A stretch of 64,000 bases of DNA, taken from the NCBI GenBank assembly GCA_000493945.1, contig AWNW01000005.1, positions 7,668 through 71,667 on the forward strand, in the 5' to 3' direction. The DNA comes from Candidatus Hydrogenedens terephthalaticus JGI OTU-1. Lineage in GTDB: Bacteria; Hydrogenedentota; Hydrogenedentia; Hydrogenedentales; Hydrogenedentaceae. A program made the translations under genes and the position numbers. This document shows, piece by piece, positions 31,289 to 41,146 of this stretch. How positions within the stretch are numbered: the stretch's first letter is position 1; every line of letters starts with the position of its first letter. The notes below the pieces were generated by a model that was given only the letters and a program-made list of their open reading frames with translations, searched no databases and was not told the DNA's origin.

Positions 31289-32281
31289 CTATAATTCTCC
31301 CATAATCTCTTGCAATATATTTACTCCAATATCATGCAAATATCCATTGGAGGCAAAAACACCTATGGAATTACTTAGCAATGGCTCTCCGTTATATTGA
31401 AACGCTTTACCGAAAACATCTGTTACCTTTCCTCCTGCTTCATGAAGAATAATGGCACCTCCGACATGGTCCCATACTTTTTCACGATAGTTTGGATTGT
31501 CTGGTGGAGTAAATCGCAAAATAATTTCACCTTCTCCACATGCTAATAACCCATATTTCACCTGGCTATCCACAGGAATAGACAACTTCATTCCCATCTT
31601 CTCACAAAATCGGTTTGTTTTCTCAACATCTGTATGCTTTGATTCATAGGAACGAAACAATTTGGCTTGTGAAGGGTCTTTACATTGGGAAACATGTATA
31701 GGGATAGGGTCAGAAGAAAGATTACAAAGTTGCACCCATGCTCCCTTCCCTTTTTCTGCAAAGAATAGGCAACCTTGTTGGACATCTTTTCTATCTGATA
31801 AATGGGTCAAACGCAAACGGGGACATGCTAAAACCCCAACATCAATTGTTCCCTTGTTGATATGACCTAATGAAATAGCGTATTGATTTCCTCGAATAAA
31901 CCCTTTTGTCCCATCCAGAGGGTCTAACACCCAATATGATTCTTTTTTCGTTGAAAAGCAGTTTAATTCAAGGTAATCTAAAATTTCTTTTTGGCTCAAT
32001 TTTCCCAAAAAGGATTCTAATACCCCTTTTAATTTATCAATAAAGGCATCACGGTTGGTTTTTGGTAAAGATTTCAAGGACTCTTCCGCAATCAGAGGTT
32101 CTCCTTCAAAATGCATATTTAACCAATGACTAACCATAATTTGTGCCCCTAAATCTGCGAGAGTAACAGGCGAAAAGTCCTCTTTAGTCTGGATATTTTC
32201 CATCCCCAAAGAAGCAACCGTCTCCGTAAAAATACCAACATTCCACATTAATTTTGCTAATTCTTTACTGAGATTATCCAT
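31289..32281 (-). CDS. 3'(2'),5'-bisphosphate nucleotidase, HAL2/SAL1-type (inositol monophosphatase superfamily)
   Basis: WVLDPLDGTKGFIRGNQYAISLG...VGVLACPRL closely mirrors the yeast/plant HAL2 block WxLDPIDGTKGFLRGxQYAV. The C-terminal WDHVGG motif is also present. Confidence 0.8.
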   Translation of the reverse strand: MDNLSKELAKLMWNVGIFTETVASLGMENIQTKEDFSPVTLADLGAQIMVSHWLNMHFEGEPLIAEESLKSLPKTNRDAFIDKLKGVLESFLGKLSQKEILDYLELNCFSTKKESYWVLDPLDGTKGFIRGNQYAISLGHINKGTIDVGVLACPRLRLTHLSDRKDVQQGCLFFAEKGKGAWVQLCNLSSDPIPIHVSQCKDPSQAKLFRSYESKHTDVEKTNRFCEKMGMKLSIPVDSQVKYGLLACGEGEIILRFTPPDNPNYREKVWDHVGGAIILHEAGGKVTDVFGKAFQYNGEPLLSNSIGVFASNGYLHDIGVNILQEIMGEL

Positions 32282-32295
32282 TCATTAAATCCTTG

Positions 32296-33555
32296 TTATA
32301 TCCTTTTCCATGCGGAGACTAATAGTTGGTAGGCATGGTCCAATTCTTCTTCATTAATAATCAATGGAGGACTGACACGAATAACTTTTTTGGCTAAAGG
32401 TCCTAAAAAGTGTATACCTTCTTTTCCAGTTCCGTAATATGCTTCTAATACACACTTATTTGCAATTTCTGCTGTTATACAGTCAACGCCATACACAAAA
32501 CCTTCTCCCCTTACATCAATAATAAAAGGAAATTCTTGTTTTAATTTCATTAATATATCTTGCAATTTTCCCTGCGTTTTCTTTACATGCTCAACAATTT
32601 TATCTTCCTCGAATACATCCATAGTTGCACATACGGCACAACATGCAGAACTTCCTCCACTGAAAGTATCTGATGCTTCGCCGTAATCTAAAGATTCTAT
32701 TAAGTCTTCTCTACCCACAACAGCCGATGCGGGTTCACCACTTGCCATTCCTTTTCCTAATACTACCAGGTCCGGTTCGACACCATAGGTTTGAAATGCA
32801 TACATATTTCCTGTCCTGCCAAAACAAGACTGGACTTCATCGAAAATAAACGGTATATCATGTTCATTACACCAATGCTGTAATAGTTGATGATACCATT
32901 TCGGAGGATGATAAGAACCTTTCGCTCCTAAATAAGGTTCGGTAATTAATAAAGCAATCTTTTCCTTGTGAGTATCCCAAAGTTGATTTAATTCTTTTTC
33001 ATAAAAATCCTGTTCATAACCTTCTCCCATGGGAAACGAAATCCAGCGAACATTGGGGTTAGGACTGGTATCCCCGGTTACATCCGCCGCCAATCCTTTT
33101 TTACCATGAAATCCATGCCTTGTGGCAACGATAATATGTCGTTTCGGATAGCGATGTAAAGCAGACCACATTGCTTTTTGAATTCCTTCAGAACCACTTG
33201 CCGCCCACAATATTTTTTGTGCTTTGGAATAACCAAAACTTTCAATCAATCTCTTTGAAGCCTCCACCTGAACTGGTGTAATCATGTTATAGGTATTTCT
33301 TGGCAATTGTTTGTAATATTCCTTAAATTTCGTTTCAAATTTAGGATGTGCATAACCAAGATTACTAACTAACACACCGGAGGTAAAATCTGTTAATTTG
33401 CGTCCATCAATGGTCCATAGATATACCCCCTGTGCTTTATCAACCACAATTTGCGATGGAGTATATGTTTGTTGTCCGCGACCTACATACTTTGTCCACA
33501 GTTCCCTGTAATAATTCCCCTTATTTTCATCAGGATGTAAAATACTCATAAACAA
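32296..33555 (-). CDS. Class-III pyridoxal-phosphate-dependent aminotransferase
   Basis: ASGSEGIQKAM, FIFDEVQSCFGRTG and VLGKGMASG (PLP Lys) are present. 419 aa. Confidence 0.85.
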   Translation of the reverse strand: MFMSILHPDENKGNYYRELWTKYVGRGQQTYTPSQIVVDKAQGVYLWTIDGRKLTDFTSGVLVSNLGYAHPKFETKFKEYYKQLPRNTYNMITPVQVEASKRLIESFGYSKAQKILWAASGSEGIQKAMWSALHRYPKRHIIVATRHGFHGKKGLAADVTGDTSPNPNVRWISFPMGEGYEQDFYEKELNQLWDTHKEKIALLITEPYLGAKGSYHPPKWYHQLLQHWCNEHDIPFIFDEVQSCFGRTGNMYAFQTYGVEPDLVVLGKGMASGEPASAVVGREDLIESLDYGEASDTFSGGSSACCAVCATMDVFEEDKIVEHVKKTQGKLQDILMKLKQEFPFIIDVRGEGFVYGVDCITAEIANKCVLEAYYGTGKEGIHFLGPLAKKVIRVSPPLIINEEELDHAYQLLVSAWKRI

Positions 33556-33720
33556 AACACCTCTATTTGTAAAATAAAAATTTCATTGTATAAAAAAGAG
33601 AGGGAAAATATAAATGATATTATGTTTTATATTGTTCTTTATTTGCAAACCTGAAGCAATAAAATAATAGATATATCCATAAGAGGAACAAAAATCTTTG
33701 CTCTTTAATATAACGAGCAA

Positions 33721-33754
33721 ATAAAAAAGTAGGCACGCTTTTCAGCGTGCCTAC
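33721..33754 (-). terminator. Rho-independent terminator of the OmpA-family gene
   Basis: Stem GTAGGCACGC (33729-33738) pairs with GCGTGCCTAC (33745-33754). On the minus strand the hairpin is followed by TTTTTTAT (complement of 33721-33728). Confidence 0.8.
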
Positions 33755-33805
33755 CTATATTCAGGCACAACTTAGAAAGTTTCCGTTTTATACCATGTCC
33801 CGGTA

Positions 33806-34453
33806 TTAGTTTCCAATTGTAATTACGAATACAGCGCGACGATTCAATTTACGATTCGCCGGTGTATCATTGGGAACTGCAGGTCTGCTCTCACCATAAC
33901 TAATGGTTGTGACACGACCAGCATCAATACCATTTTCAACCATATACTTCTTCACCGCATCAGCACGGCGTTGACCTAAGCCCATATTGTATTCATCTGT
34001 TCCGATGTTGCAGCAATGACCTTCGATTGTAATTTTGTCCGTCGGATATTTTTTCATGTAGGCGATAACTTCGTCTACAACTGCTTTTCCTTCGGGTTTC
34101 AAAATGGCTTTATCGAAATCAAATAGCACATGGTTGAACACAGGGGCTGTTCTCTTTTGAACTGGAGGTGCTGGCGGCGGAGGTGTCGGAGCAGGAGGAG
34201 CTGGAGGAGCAGGCTTCTGCCACTGACTATAGACAATACCACGATTGCCCCATAATTCAGAATCATCATTATTTGAAGCCGCTTCTTTGGGCCACCACCA
34301 ATAACCTGAACGACCTTGTGAATCTGCTACAGGTTCCGGTGTTGCACCTGTATTTCCCCACCAGGACATGTCATCCCAAACTTTTGCAGCCTTTGCAGGA
34401 ACTGCTACTAAAACAAGTAAACCAATCATTGTGAGTGCAATAATCTTTTTCAT
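33806..34453 (-). CDS. OmpA-family peptidoglycan-associated protein with a Pro-rich linker
   Basis: Signal peptide MKKIIALTMIGLLVLVAVPAKA and linker PAPPAPPAPTPPPPAPP. The OmpA_C domain contains FDFDKA...GHCCNIGTDEYNMGLGQRRADAV...NRRAVFVI. Confidence 0.9.
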   Translation of the reverse strand: MKKIIALTMIGLLVLVAVPAKAAKVWDDMSWWGNTGATPEPVADSQGRSGYWWWPKEAASNNDDSELWGNRGIVYSQWQKPAPPAPPAPTPPPPAPPVQKRTAPVFNHVLFDFDKAILKPEGKAVVDEVIAYMKKYPTDKITIEGHCCNIGTDEYNMGLGQRRADAVKKYMVENGIDAGRVTTISYGESRPAVPNDTPANRKLNRRAVFVITIGN

Positions 34454-34653
34454 ACATTCCCTCCTTATGTTGGGTTCGTATTTTACGGTTAACTTTCTTT
34501 ATTGTGCCGTATCCTTCACGGCTACAATTTTTTTATTAAATCATATTTTATACTTACAAGTCAAGTATTTTTCTGAAATTATTTCTTGACTTGTTGTTGA
34601 GTTTAACACAATAAAACTCAAAAAATCAAATTGTTATTCCCAAATCTATTTTC

Positions 34654-35670
34654 TTATGTAACGACAAACAAAGACATTATGTTAGCAACAGCCTCATTAA
34701 CAGGGGCTTTGGTCGGATAGCGAATAAATTCGCAATGACCATCCAGATATAGCACATTGCAACCACCGGGAATATGATTGAAAAACACAGCAGTGCCTGA
34801 TGTGCCTAATTGGTCCAACATAATAAAAATTTCACTTTGTGCTTTGGATGAAGCCGCCGGATTATTAATATCTGTAATTAGAAATCTTTCAATACCTTCA
34901 CGCAAACGATACAATGTATTTCCACCTCCATTTCCTTCACCTATCATGTAAGTACCCGTTACATCGTTGTCTGCAGTACGAGCAACTATACTGGGATCAG
35001 GTCCTGGCGGACTTGTTAAGGAAGCAACCACACCCGGAGTAGAGATTAGTTGAAGAATGGCAAAAGGCAATTGTTTGGGAACAATTGTAGTATTATTTAA
35101 ATTCGGGGCATTTGCACCTAATGTCTGAACAATTAATTGGAGACTTGGTATTGAACCAACTGATGTTAACTGATCAGGATTATCTCCTAAACGGTCAAAT
35201 ACCCAACCGAAATATGCATAACTCGCATCAATAACAGACACACCTTCATCCCATCTCAAATAATGTCCAATATGATAGTCCTGCTCTGTTATTCCAAGAG
35301 AAGGATAACTCCTTCCTTTTAGTGAATTCACTGTATCCTGAGCATCTGAAGGACAAATAATAATTGCAGGATCTGTTAGATATTCTGGATATAATGATTT
35401 GACTCGAGGTCCTGCTGCAATGTAAGACTGCCACGATAGATCACTCTCTCGCTGTGCTACTTCTATTTGTATCGGTGGATATTTTCCCCCTGACGATTCA
35501 TTGGCATACATCTTGAAAACCAGTCCCCATTGTTTTAGATTGTTCTGACAACTGGAACGCCTTGCTGCCTCTCTCGCTCGGGCAAGGGCAGGCAACAGTA
35601 TTGCCGCTAAAATTCCAATAATGGCAATCACGACTAAAAGTTCGATGAGAGTAAAACCTTTTTTCTTCAT
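34654..35670 (-). CDS. DUF1559-type protein with a prepilin N-terminal cleavage/methylation domain (pseudopilin-like)
   Basis: [47 protein letters not shown] is the classic type IV pilin-like leader plus the DUF1559 N-terminus. The C-terminus has the H-X9-DG-like element [12 protein letters not shown]. Confidence 0.88.
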   Translation of the reverse strand: MKKKGFTLIELLVVIAIIGILAAILLPALARAREAARRSSCQNNLKQWGLVFKMYANESSGGKYPPIQIEVAQRESDLSWQSYIAAGPRVKSLYPEYLTDPAIIICPSDAQDTVNSLKGRSYPSLGITEQDYHIGHYLRWDEGVSVIDASYAYFGWVFDRLGDNPDQLTSVGSIPSLQLIVQTLGANAPNLNNTTIVPKQLPFAILQLISTPGVVASLTSPPGPDPSIVARTADNDVTGTYMIGEGNGGGNTLYRLREGIERFLITDINNPAASSKAQSEIFIMLDQLGTSGTAVFFNHIPGGCNVLYLDGHCEFIRYPTKAPVNEAVANIMSLFVVT

Positions 35671-35865
35671 ATACTACTTCCTTTCGTTATAGTTTAATTA
35701 TATTACTGTATCCCCATCACAAAGGGAAACAATATCATGGATTTTATTATATTATTGTTATTTCCCAAAAATCAAGATTTTTTTGTTTCGGATGTTAGTG
35801 CTTTTTTTATGGGAGATTTTGTATAATCTATCTAATTATAAAACAAAAATTTAAGGAGACCTATA

Positions 35866-36570
35866 ATGTTTAAAATCTATTCTCACTATATTTTGTTAAC
35901 CGCTTTTCTAAATTTTTCTTTTATTTTATTTCTGAATTTCAACTCTTTTGCTGATGATAGGAACAAACCGATTTTTGAAGAAAATTTTGAGCAGGGTTCA
36001 CAGCATTGGGAAATGACGGATCCTAATGCATGGACTGTTTCAAAAGATGATAAGGGCAATCATCTATTATGCTTAACAGGGTCAAGTAAGTATGAACCTG
36101 CGGTTCGTTCACCTAAAAGTATTGCATTAATAAAGGATGTAGAGTTTGAAGATTTTACCCTTACAGTTCGAGCAAAACAAACAGGGAAAGAATATGGACA
36201 TCGCGACCTTTGCTTTTTCTTCGGTTATCAGGACCCAACTCATTTCTATTATGTACACATCGCAACAAAAGCCGATGACCATGCCCATTCTATTTTCCTT
36301 GTTAATAATGCACCCCGTGTCTCTATTGCAAAAGAACGCACAAAAGGAGTTGATTGGACACAGGATTTTCATCAGATAACGATTGTGCGAGATACCAAAT
36401 CTGGAAAGATTGAAGTCTATTATGATGATATGGAAAAACCCATTATGGTAACAGAAGATAAGACATTTGTAAAAGGGAGAATTGGATTGGGATCGTTTGA
36501 TGATACGGGTTGTTTTGATGATTTGAAAATCTGGAATACCGCAGATAAAAATCTTGCCATTCAAAAGTAA
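35866..36570 (+). CDS. Secreted concanavalin-A-like/LamG (DUF1080-like) domain protein
   Basis: Signal-like N-terminus. The pattern W..TDPNAW.V....L.L...(Y)...S.....EFEDFTL.V.AK...G..D....FGYQD and the C-terminal GRIGLGSFDD..FDDLKIW resemble DUF1080 jelly-roll proteins. The SD AAGGAG lies upstream. Confidence 0.5.
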   Translation: MFKIYSHYILLTAFLNFSFILFLNFNSFADDRNKPIFEENFEQGSQHWEMTDPNAWTVSKDDKGNHLLCLTGSSKYEPAVRSPKSIALIKDVEFEDFTLTVRAKQTGKEYGHRDLCFFFGYQDPTHFYYVHIATKADDHAHSIFLVNNAPRVSIAKERTKGVDWTQDFHQITIVRDTKSGKIEVYYDDMEKPIMVTEDKTFVKGRIGLGSFDDTGCFDDLKIWNTADKNLAIQK

Positions 36571-36578
36571 GTCTTTAT

Positions 36579-39500
36579 CTATTTGACTGATTCAAAAAGC
36601 CAATTGAAATCGTATTGTGTTTCAGAGGCAGACATTATTAATTCATGGATGTTTTCAAGGCATACGCATAATTCTTTTTTGGCTTTATCAGCCCACGGAT
36701 AACGAGATAACCATAACGCAACGAAAAGTATAAATAGCAAATCTTCAAAGTTTTCCTTTATCAGCCATGTTCTGCCACCATATTCATGAATTCCAAGGAC
36801 CTGCTGAACACCTTTATCAGAGAATAAAGGATATAAATAAGGAGCCCAGGGACCATACTGTAATCGGATTAATTGAGCCGAATGCTCAATACTAATACGA
36901 ACAAGTTCGGCATCTTTCCTTGCAGAATTCTCATCAAGCCCAAATTTGGCAAAACCTCTTGCTATAACCTCAGTCAAATGCCATTCCTTTAACCATTGGG
37001 CAGTGATTGAGGCAATTTCATTGGATTCATACGAAGGAGGACCTAACAACATAAGAGAAAGTCCACCTAAATTACGAAGCAGGCTCCATACTGTAAATAT
37101 ACGCGATAATCTTCTCTGTTCTGGACCATGAAAAGCAATCCGTGTGCCGAGATATGACTCTACCTCGGGCATATCTCCTAATTTGCAGAATTCCATATAT
37201 CTATGATGAATATCAACACATTCCTTTACCGAATGTTCAACCCATGGTCTTATAGGAAATGGATATTGAATTCTTCTTGCAGAGGCAGACCAGAAATGTT
37301 CTAAAACTGTATATAATTGTTCTTCATCTACCTCTTCTCCATCGATCAACGGACCTATAATTTCCGGTTTTATAATCTCTTCCAAAGGTCCTATCACATC
37401 TGAATATAGGAACTCATGATACAGACTTTCTATATTTCGAATTCCTTTACCTGATAGGACATCCGCAATTTTGTTCCAGATACCATCACGGTCATAAACT
37501 TCCCGCCAATTCATTAAAGCGACATATTCATAGCCTTGCAATTCCAAGTAAATTCCATGTTCACAGAGATGAGAACCTGAATAGATATAATCCAATCCTT
37601 TCCGCAAATCATGGAAAATATAAAAAATGCCCGGTGCAGATTTTAATCCTAATGCTTCGCCTAAAGTTCTCGTGATGAGATTGGGACTATCCGCGGGACC
37701 TACATTAATTGATGTTGAACGATAAATACGCCCCCGTGTTGTAGTATAGGCATTGTTGTAGAGAATCAGTGCCCGTTCTAAACCGCAACGGTTTGAATAA
37801 GCAAAGACATTCTCATCTACCCAACCCTGAGGGGTAATGAAATCATACATTGCAAAATGTTGAGCACCACTAAATATGTGTCTTTTTTTCATCAATGGGA
37901 ATATTTCTCTTTCATGCCGACGGATAAGATTTTCATCCGGAGTTTCGTCCCAATAGGCACGTGGATATTCCATTCCATATTTCTCTGCGAACCCTTCTAT
38001 CTGACCATGTCCAAACATAGGCAAACCGGGCAGGGTTACCATCATCATGGCAATTCCAAAGTATTTATCATCTTTGCCAAACTGCGCAACAGCTGTTTCT
38101 TCATCGGGATTGTTCATAAAATTAACAAACCGTTGTAATATTGCAGGACTGAATTCCAATACATTTTTAATAGTTTGCCGATATTTGGCGTTATCTTCCA
38201 TTTTAAGCATATTCATAAAGGCGCTGTTATAAACGCGGTGCATACCTAATGTTCGCACAAAATAACCTTCCAATAACCAGAAGGCTTCTGCCAATAACAA
38301 AGTATCCGGAGCCTCTTCAGCAATTGCGTCAACGACTTCTCTCCAGAATTCTTTCGGGAAATGTTTGTCAAATTCTTCGCGTGTCATACCGCATTCAGCA
38401 CGAGATGGTATTGCCCCACCTTCGCCGGGTGCTGGAAACCATAATCGTTGATAGTGCCGTTTTGTGAGGGTCATTGCTGCATCGAAACGGATGATAGGGA
38501 ACATCCTCGCCACATGAAGAATATTTCTTTTTACACTTTCTCGCACCTCGGGCATAAGGAAATTTAATTGTGCGGTATCATTCCAGGGCATGTGTGTCCC
38601 ATCATTACCATGATAAATATACCTTACTTCACCGGTCCGATAGTTTTGCCATTTAAATACGACTGCTGCATCGGAACGGTCCCAATATCCATCTTCTATT
38701 TGAATACAGATATCCGGATGCGAGGATAAATTGGGACCATTAAACCGATAGGAAGGAAATGGCGGATAAGACATCTGAATAAACCAATCTGGGTGTTCGA
38801 TAATCCAGCGGGAATAAATACCAAAATGATTGGGCACCATATCACTTGCCAGGCGTATTCCTTTTTGCATGGCTCGTTCTTGTAATCTTTTTAATGCGTC
38901 CTCACCACCCAAATCCCGAGCGATTTCATAATCAAACAGGGAATATGCAGAGGCTAAGGCTTCTGGATTTCCTGTTAATCGCTTAATCGTTTTAGACGCC
39001 TCTGAGCGTTCCCATACTCCAATAAGCCATAATCCAGAAAATCCCCATCGTGCTAATTGTTCTAATTCTTCATCAGGAATATCATCCAGATGTTTTATCT
39101 CGCGTTGATATTTTTTCGATAATTGGGATAACCAGACATATATTGATTTGGCTATTAAAACCAGATTGGGCATCCAATCACGGTCCGGTGAAAACGCCTC
39201 ATACTCTTCATAACCCATTCCTTTTAATACTCGCAGATCGAGGACATCAACAGGTCCTTTGCCAAATCCTCGCCATTGTCGTTCTTCCTGAATAATACCC
39301 CATACAAAGTTTAATTCTGTAAGTAAAGATGAGGGAAGGAAGAAACTCCAATTTTTACGAATATAATCTAATTGTTCTTCTAAGGAATTAGGACACGCTC
39401 TTATGGGTTCCCATAGGGTATCCCACAAAGAACGATTTGTCTCTTTCAAAGGTGGCCATTGCAAAATAATCGTCTCTGCCTTGTTAATAGAATCGGGATA

Positions 39501-40115
39501 CAACGGTTGTCTTTTTTTAAATGATTCATCGTCAAACAAAATTCTGTATTTTTTAACTGCAGGATTCTGATTTGTAATCCACCCCAAAAGATATTCCTGC
39601 CATAATATCTCGTATTGAGAATTTCCCCGTGGCTCTTTTGTAAAAAATGCTTTGGACTCTGTTCTCTGCCGATAAAAAGTTTCTGGTGGAAATTCTTCCA
39701 ACCATTCGGTCAATAATCGAATTATTTTGTCTCCCCATTCTTTTTCCAAACTTTCTCCCAAATCCAGCATGGGTAACGGTTTTACATTCTGGCTATAATA
39801 ATAAATAATGTAACGGAATACTTCCGTAATTATTTCCAGGGAACGCAATTCTCCCTGAGACCAATATGAAAACCCTGGACGGTGAGAATTAATCCGATTT
39901 ACTTCTTCTACAAAAGAACGGACCCATAAAATCTTTTTTTCCTTTTCTGAAATATCTTTATCTAATTTTTGAAAAGTTTTTTGAGGGTCCCAAGTATCCC
40001 ACGATTTTTTTCTCCATAGGAAACTCAGGGGATACCAATCATTTCTCTTTACAAATTCCATTGTCGTGCTATAATCCTTTCCAATATTGTCTCTAATAAA
40101 GCAATAACAAACCAA
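36579..40115 (-). CDS. Very large GH13-like (alpha-amylase superfamily) protein with long N- and C-terminal extensions
   Basis: GH13 regions are I DMVPNH, II IRFDAAMTL, III LLAEAFW and IV FMNNPDE. 1178 aa from the TTG at 40115. The ATG at 40061 (MEFVKRNDW) is the more likely start. Confidence 0.7.
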   Translation of the reverse strand: MVCYCFIRDNIGKDYSTTMEFVKRNDWYPLSFLWRKKSWDTWDPQKTFQKLDKDISEKEKKILWVRSFVEEVNRINSHRPGFSYWSQGELRSLEIITEVFRYIIYYYSQNVKPLPMLDLGESLEKEWGDKIIRLLTEWLEEFPPETFYRQRTESKAFFTKEPRGNSQYEILWQEYLLGWITNQNPAVKKYRILFDDESFKKRQPLYPDSINKAETIILQWPPLKETNRSLWDTLWEPIRACPNSLEEQLDYIRKNWSFFLPSSLLTELNFVWGIIQEERQWRGFGKGPVDVLDLRVLKGMGYEEYEAFSPDRDWMPNLVLIAKSIYVWLSQLSKKYQREIKHLDDIPDEELEQLARWGFSGLWLIGVWERSEASKTIKRLTGNPEALASAYSLFDYEIARDLGGEDALKRLQERAMQKGIRLASDMVPNHFGIYSRWIIEHPDWFIQMSYPPFPSYRFNGPNLSSHPDICIQIEDGYWDRSDAAVVFKWQNYRTGEVRYIYHGNDGTHMPWNDTAQLNFLMPEVRESVKRNILHVARMFPIIRFDAAMTLTKRHYQRLWFPAPGEGGAIPSRAECGMTREEFDKHFPKEFWREVVDAIAEEAPDTLLLAEAFWLLEGYFVRTLGMHRVYNSAFMNMLKMEDNAKYRQTIKNVLEFSPAILQRFVNFMNNPDEETAVAQFGKDDKYFGIAMMMVTLPGLPMFGHGQIEGFAEKYGMEYPRAYWDETPDENLIRRHEREIFPLMKKRHIFSGAQHFAMYDFITPQGWVDENVFAYSNRCGLERALILYNNAYTTTRGRIYRSTSINVGPADSPNLITRTLGEALGLKSAPGIFYIFHDLRKGLDYIYSGSHLCEHGIYLELQGYEYVALMNWREVYDRDGIWNKIADVLSGKGIRNIESLYHEFLYSDVIGPLEEIIKPEIIGPLIDGEEVDEEQLYTVLEHFWSASARRIQYPFPIRPWVEHSVKECVDIHHRYMEFCKLGDMPEVESYLGTRIAFHGPEQRRLSRIFTVWSLLRNLGGLSLMLLGPPSYESNEIASITAQWLKEWHLTEVIARGFAKFGLDENSARKDAELVRISIEHSAQLIRLQYGPWAPYLYPLFSDKGVQQVLGIHEYGGRTWLIKENFEDLLFILFVALWLSRYPWADKAKKELCVCLENIHELIMSASETQYDFNWLFESVK

Positions 40116-40237
40116 AAATGCTCTTTTTTTATTTTATATGTATTTTACAAAATCAATAGATTATAATATATACAGGCTATGGTATTTCATTGGCTGGTTT
40201 AGAATCGGTTTAATATTTTATGGTTAAGAGGTAGTAC

Positions 40238-41146
40238 ATGATGTTGTTTGTTTGTAAAGACCGTTTCGATACCGTATTAAAAGTTTTTTATTTTTTCACT
40301 GTCCTTTGCCCATTAATCTGTATAGGTATTGCTTGTTCTTCTCCTCCCGAGAAAAACGGTATTGTTTCGATTGGTCCTAATATTACAGAAATTGTTTTTG
40401 CTCTTGGGGCAAATCAGCAATTGAAAGGAATTGGTGATTTTGATGATTATCCGCCAGAGACACAAAATATTAATCGTATCGGGAGTTATTTATCCCCCAA
40501 TCTTGAGAAAATCACTTCGTTGAAACCTGCCACAATTATTGTTTCCGGCGAAATTCCACAACTTAAAGAATTATCTCAACAATTGGGCATTCAATATCAC
40601 TCTGTCCCTATGGATACTTTGCAACAAATCTATGATGGTATTAATCTCATAGGGGAAATTACTCATACTTCGAATAAGGCAAAATATCTCATAACAGAAA
40701 TGAAAAATGATTTTCAAAAGTTAGAGGAAATGACAAAAAATTTAGATCCTGTTTCTACATTGCTTGTCGTGGGCAGAGAACCCCGAGACTTATCATCAAT
40801 ACAAGTAGCAGGTGGTTCATCATTCCTTACAGAAATTTTAAGATTAGCAGGTGGTAAAAATGTATTTGAAGACTCGACACAAAATTACTTTGAAATTTCC
40901 GCAGAACAGGTGCTATCAAAAGCACCGGAGGTGATTATTGAATTTCGTTGTGGTGAGAATCTTACCCAAAAGCAATTAGATGCCTTATTTTTAGATTGGA
41001 AGGCATTGGATTCTGTTCCGGCAATTCAAAAAAGTCGTATTTACTTTATTCTTGAATCTTACGGTATGCGTCCCGGACCTCGTATTTGCAATATTGCACA
41101 AAAAATTGCGACTTTATTACATCCCGAAGTAGAATTAGGGTTATGA
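40238..41146 (+). CDS. ABC transporter periplasmic binding lipoprotein, class III (BtuF/FecB-like, iron-chelate or cobalamin)
   Basis: Lipobox LICIGIAC. IVSIGPNITEIVFALGANQQLKGIGDF is typical of the Peripla_BP_2 family. Confidence 0.8.
   Translation: MMLFVCKDRFDTVLKVFYFFTVLCPLICIGIACSSPPEKNGIVSIGPNITEIVFALGANQQLKGIGDFDDYPPETQNINRIGSYLSPNLEKITSLKPATIIVSGEIPQLKELSQQLGIQYHSVPMDTLQQIYDGINLIGEITHTSNKAKYLITEMKNDFQKLEEMTKNLDPVSTLLVVGREPRDLSSIQVAGGSSFLTEILRLAGGKNVFEDSTQNYFEISAEQVLSKAPEVIIEFRCGENLTQKQLDALFLDWKALDSVPAIQKSRIYFILESYGMRPGPRICNIAQKIATLLHPEVELGL

Noticed and set aside
40116-40237. Cobalamin riboswitch upstream of the BtuF-like ABC importer
   Set aside because: The leader is only about 120 nt and very AT-rich. 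It has no B12-box-like GCCACTG element and no obvious multi-stem structure.
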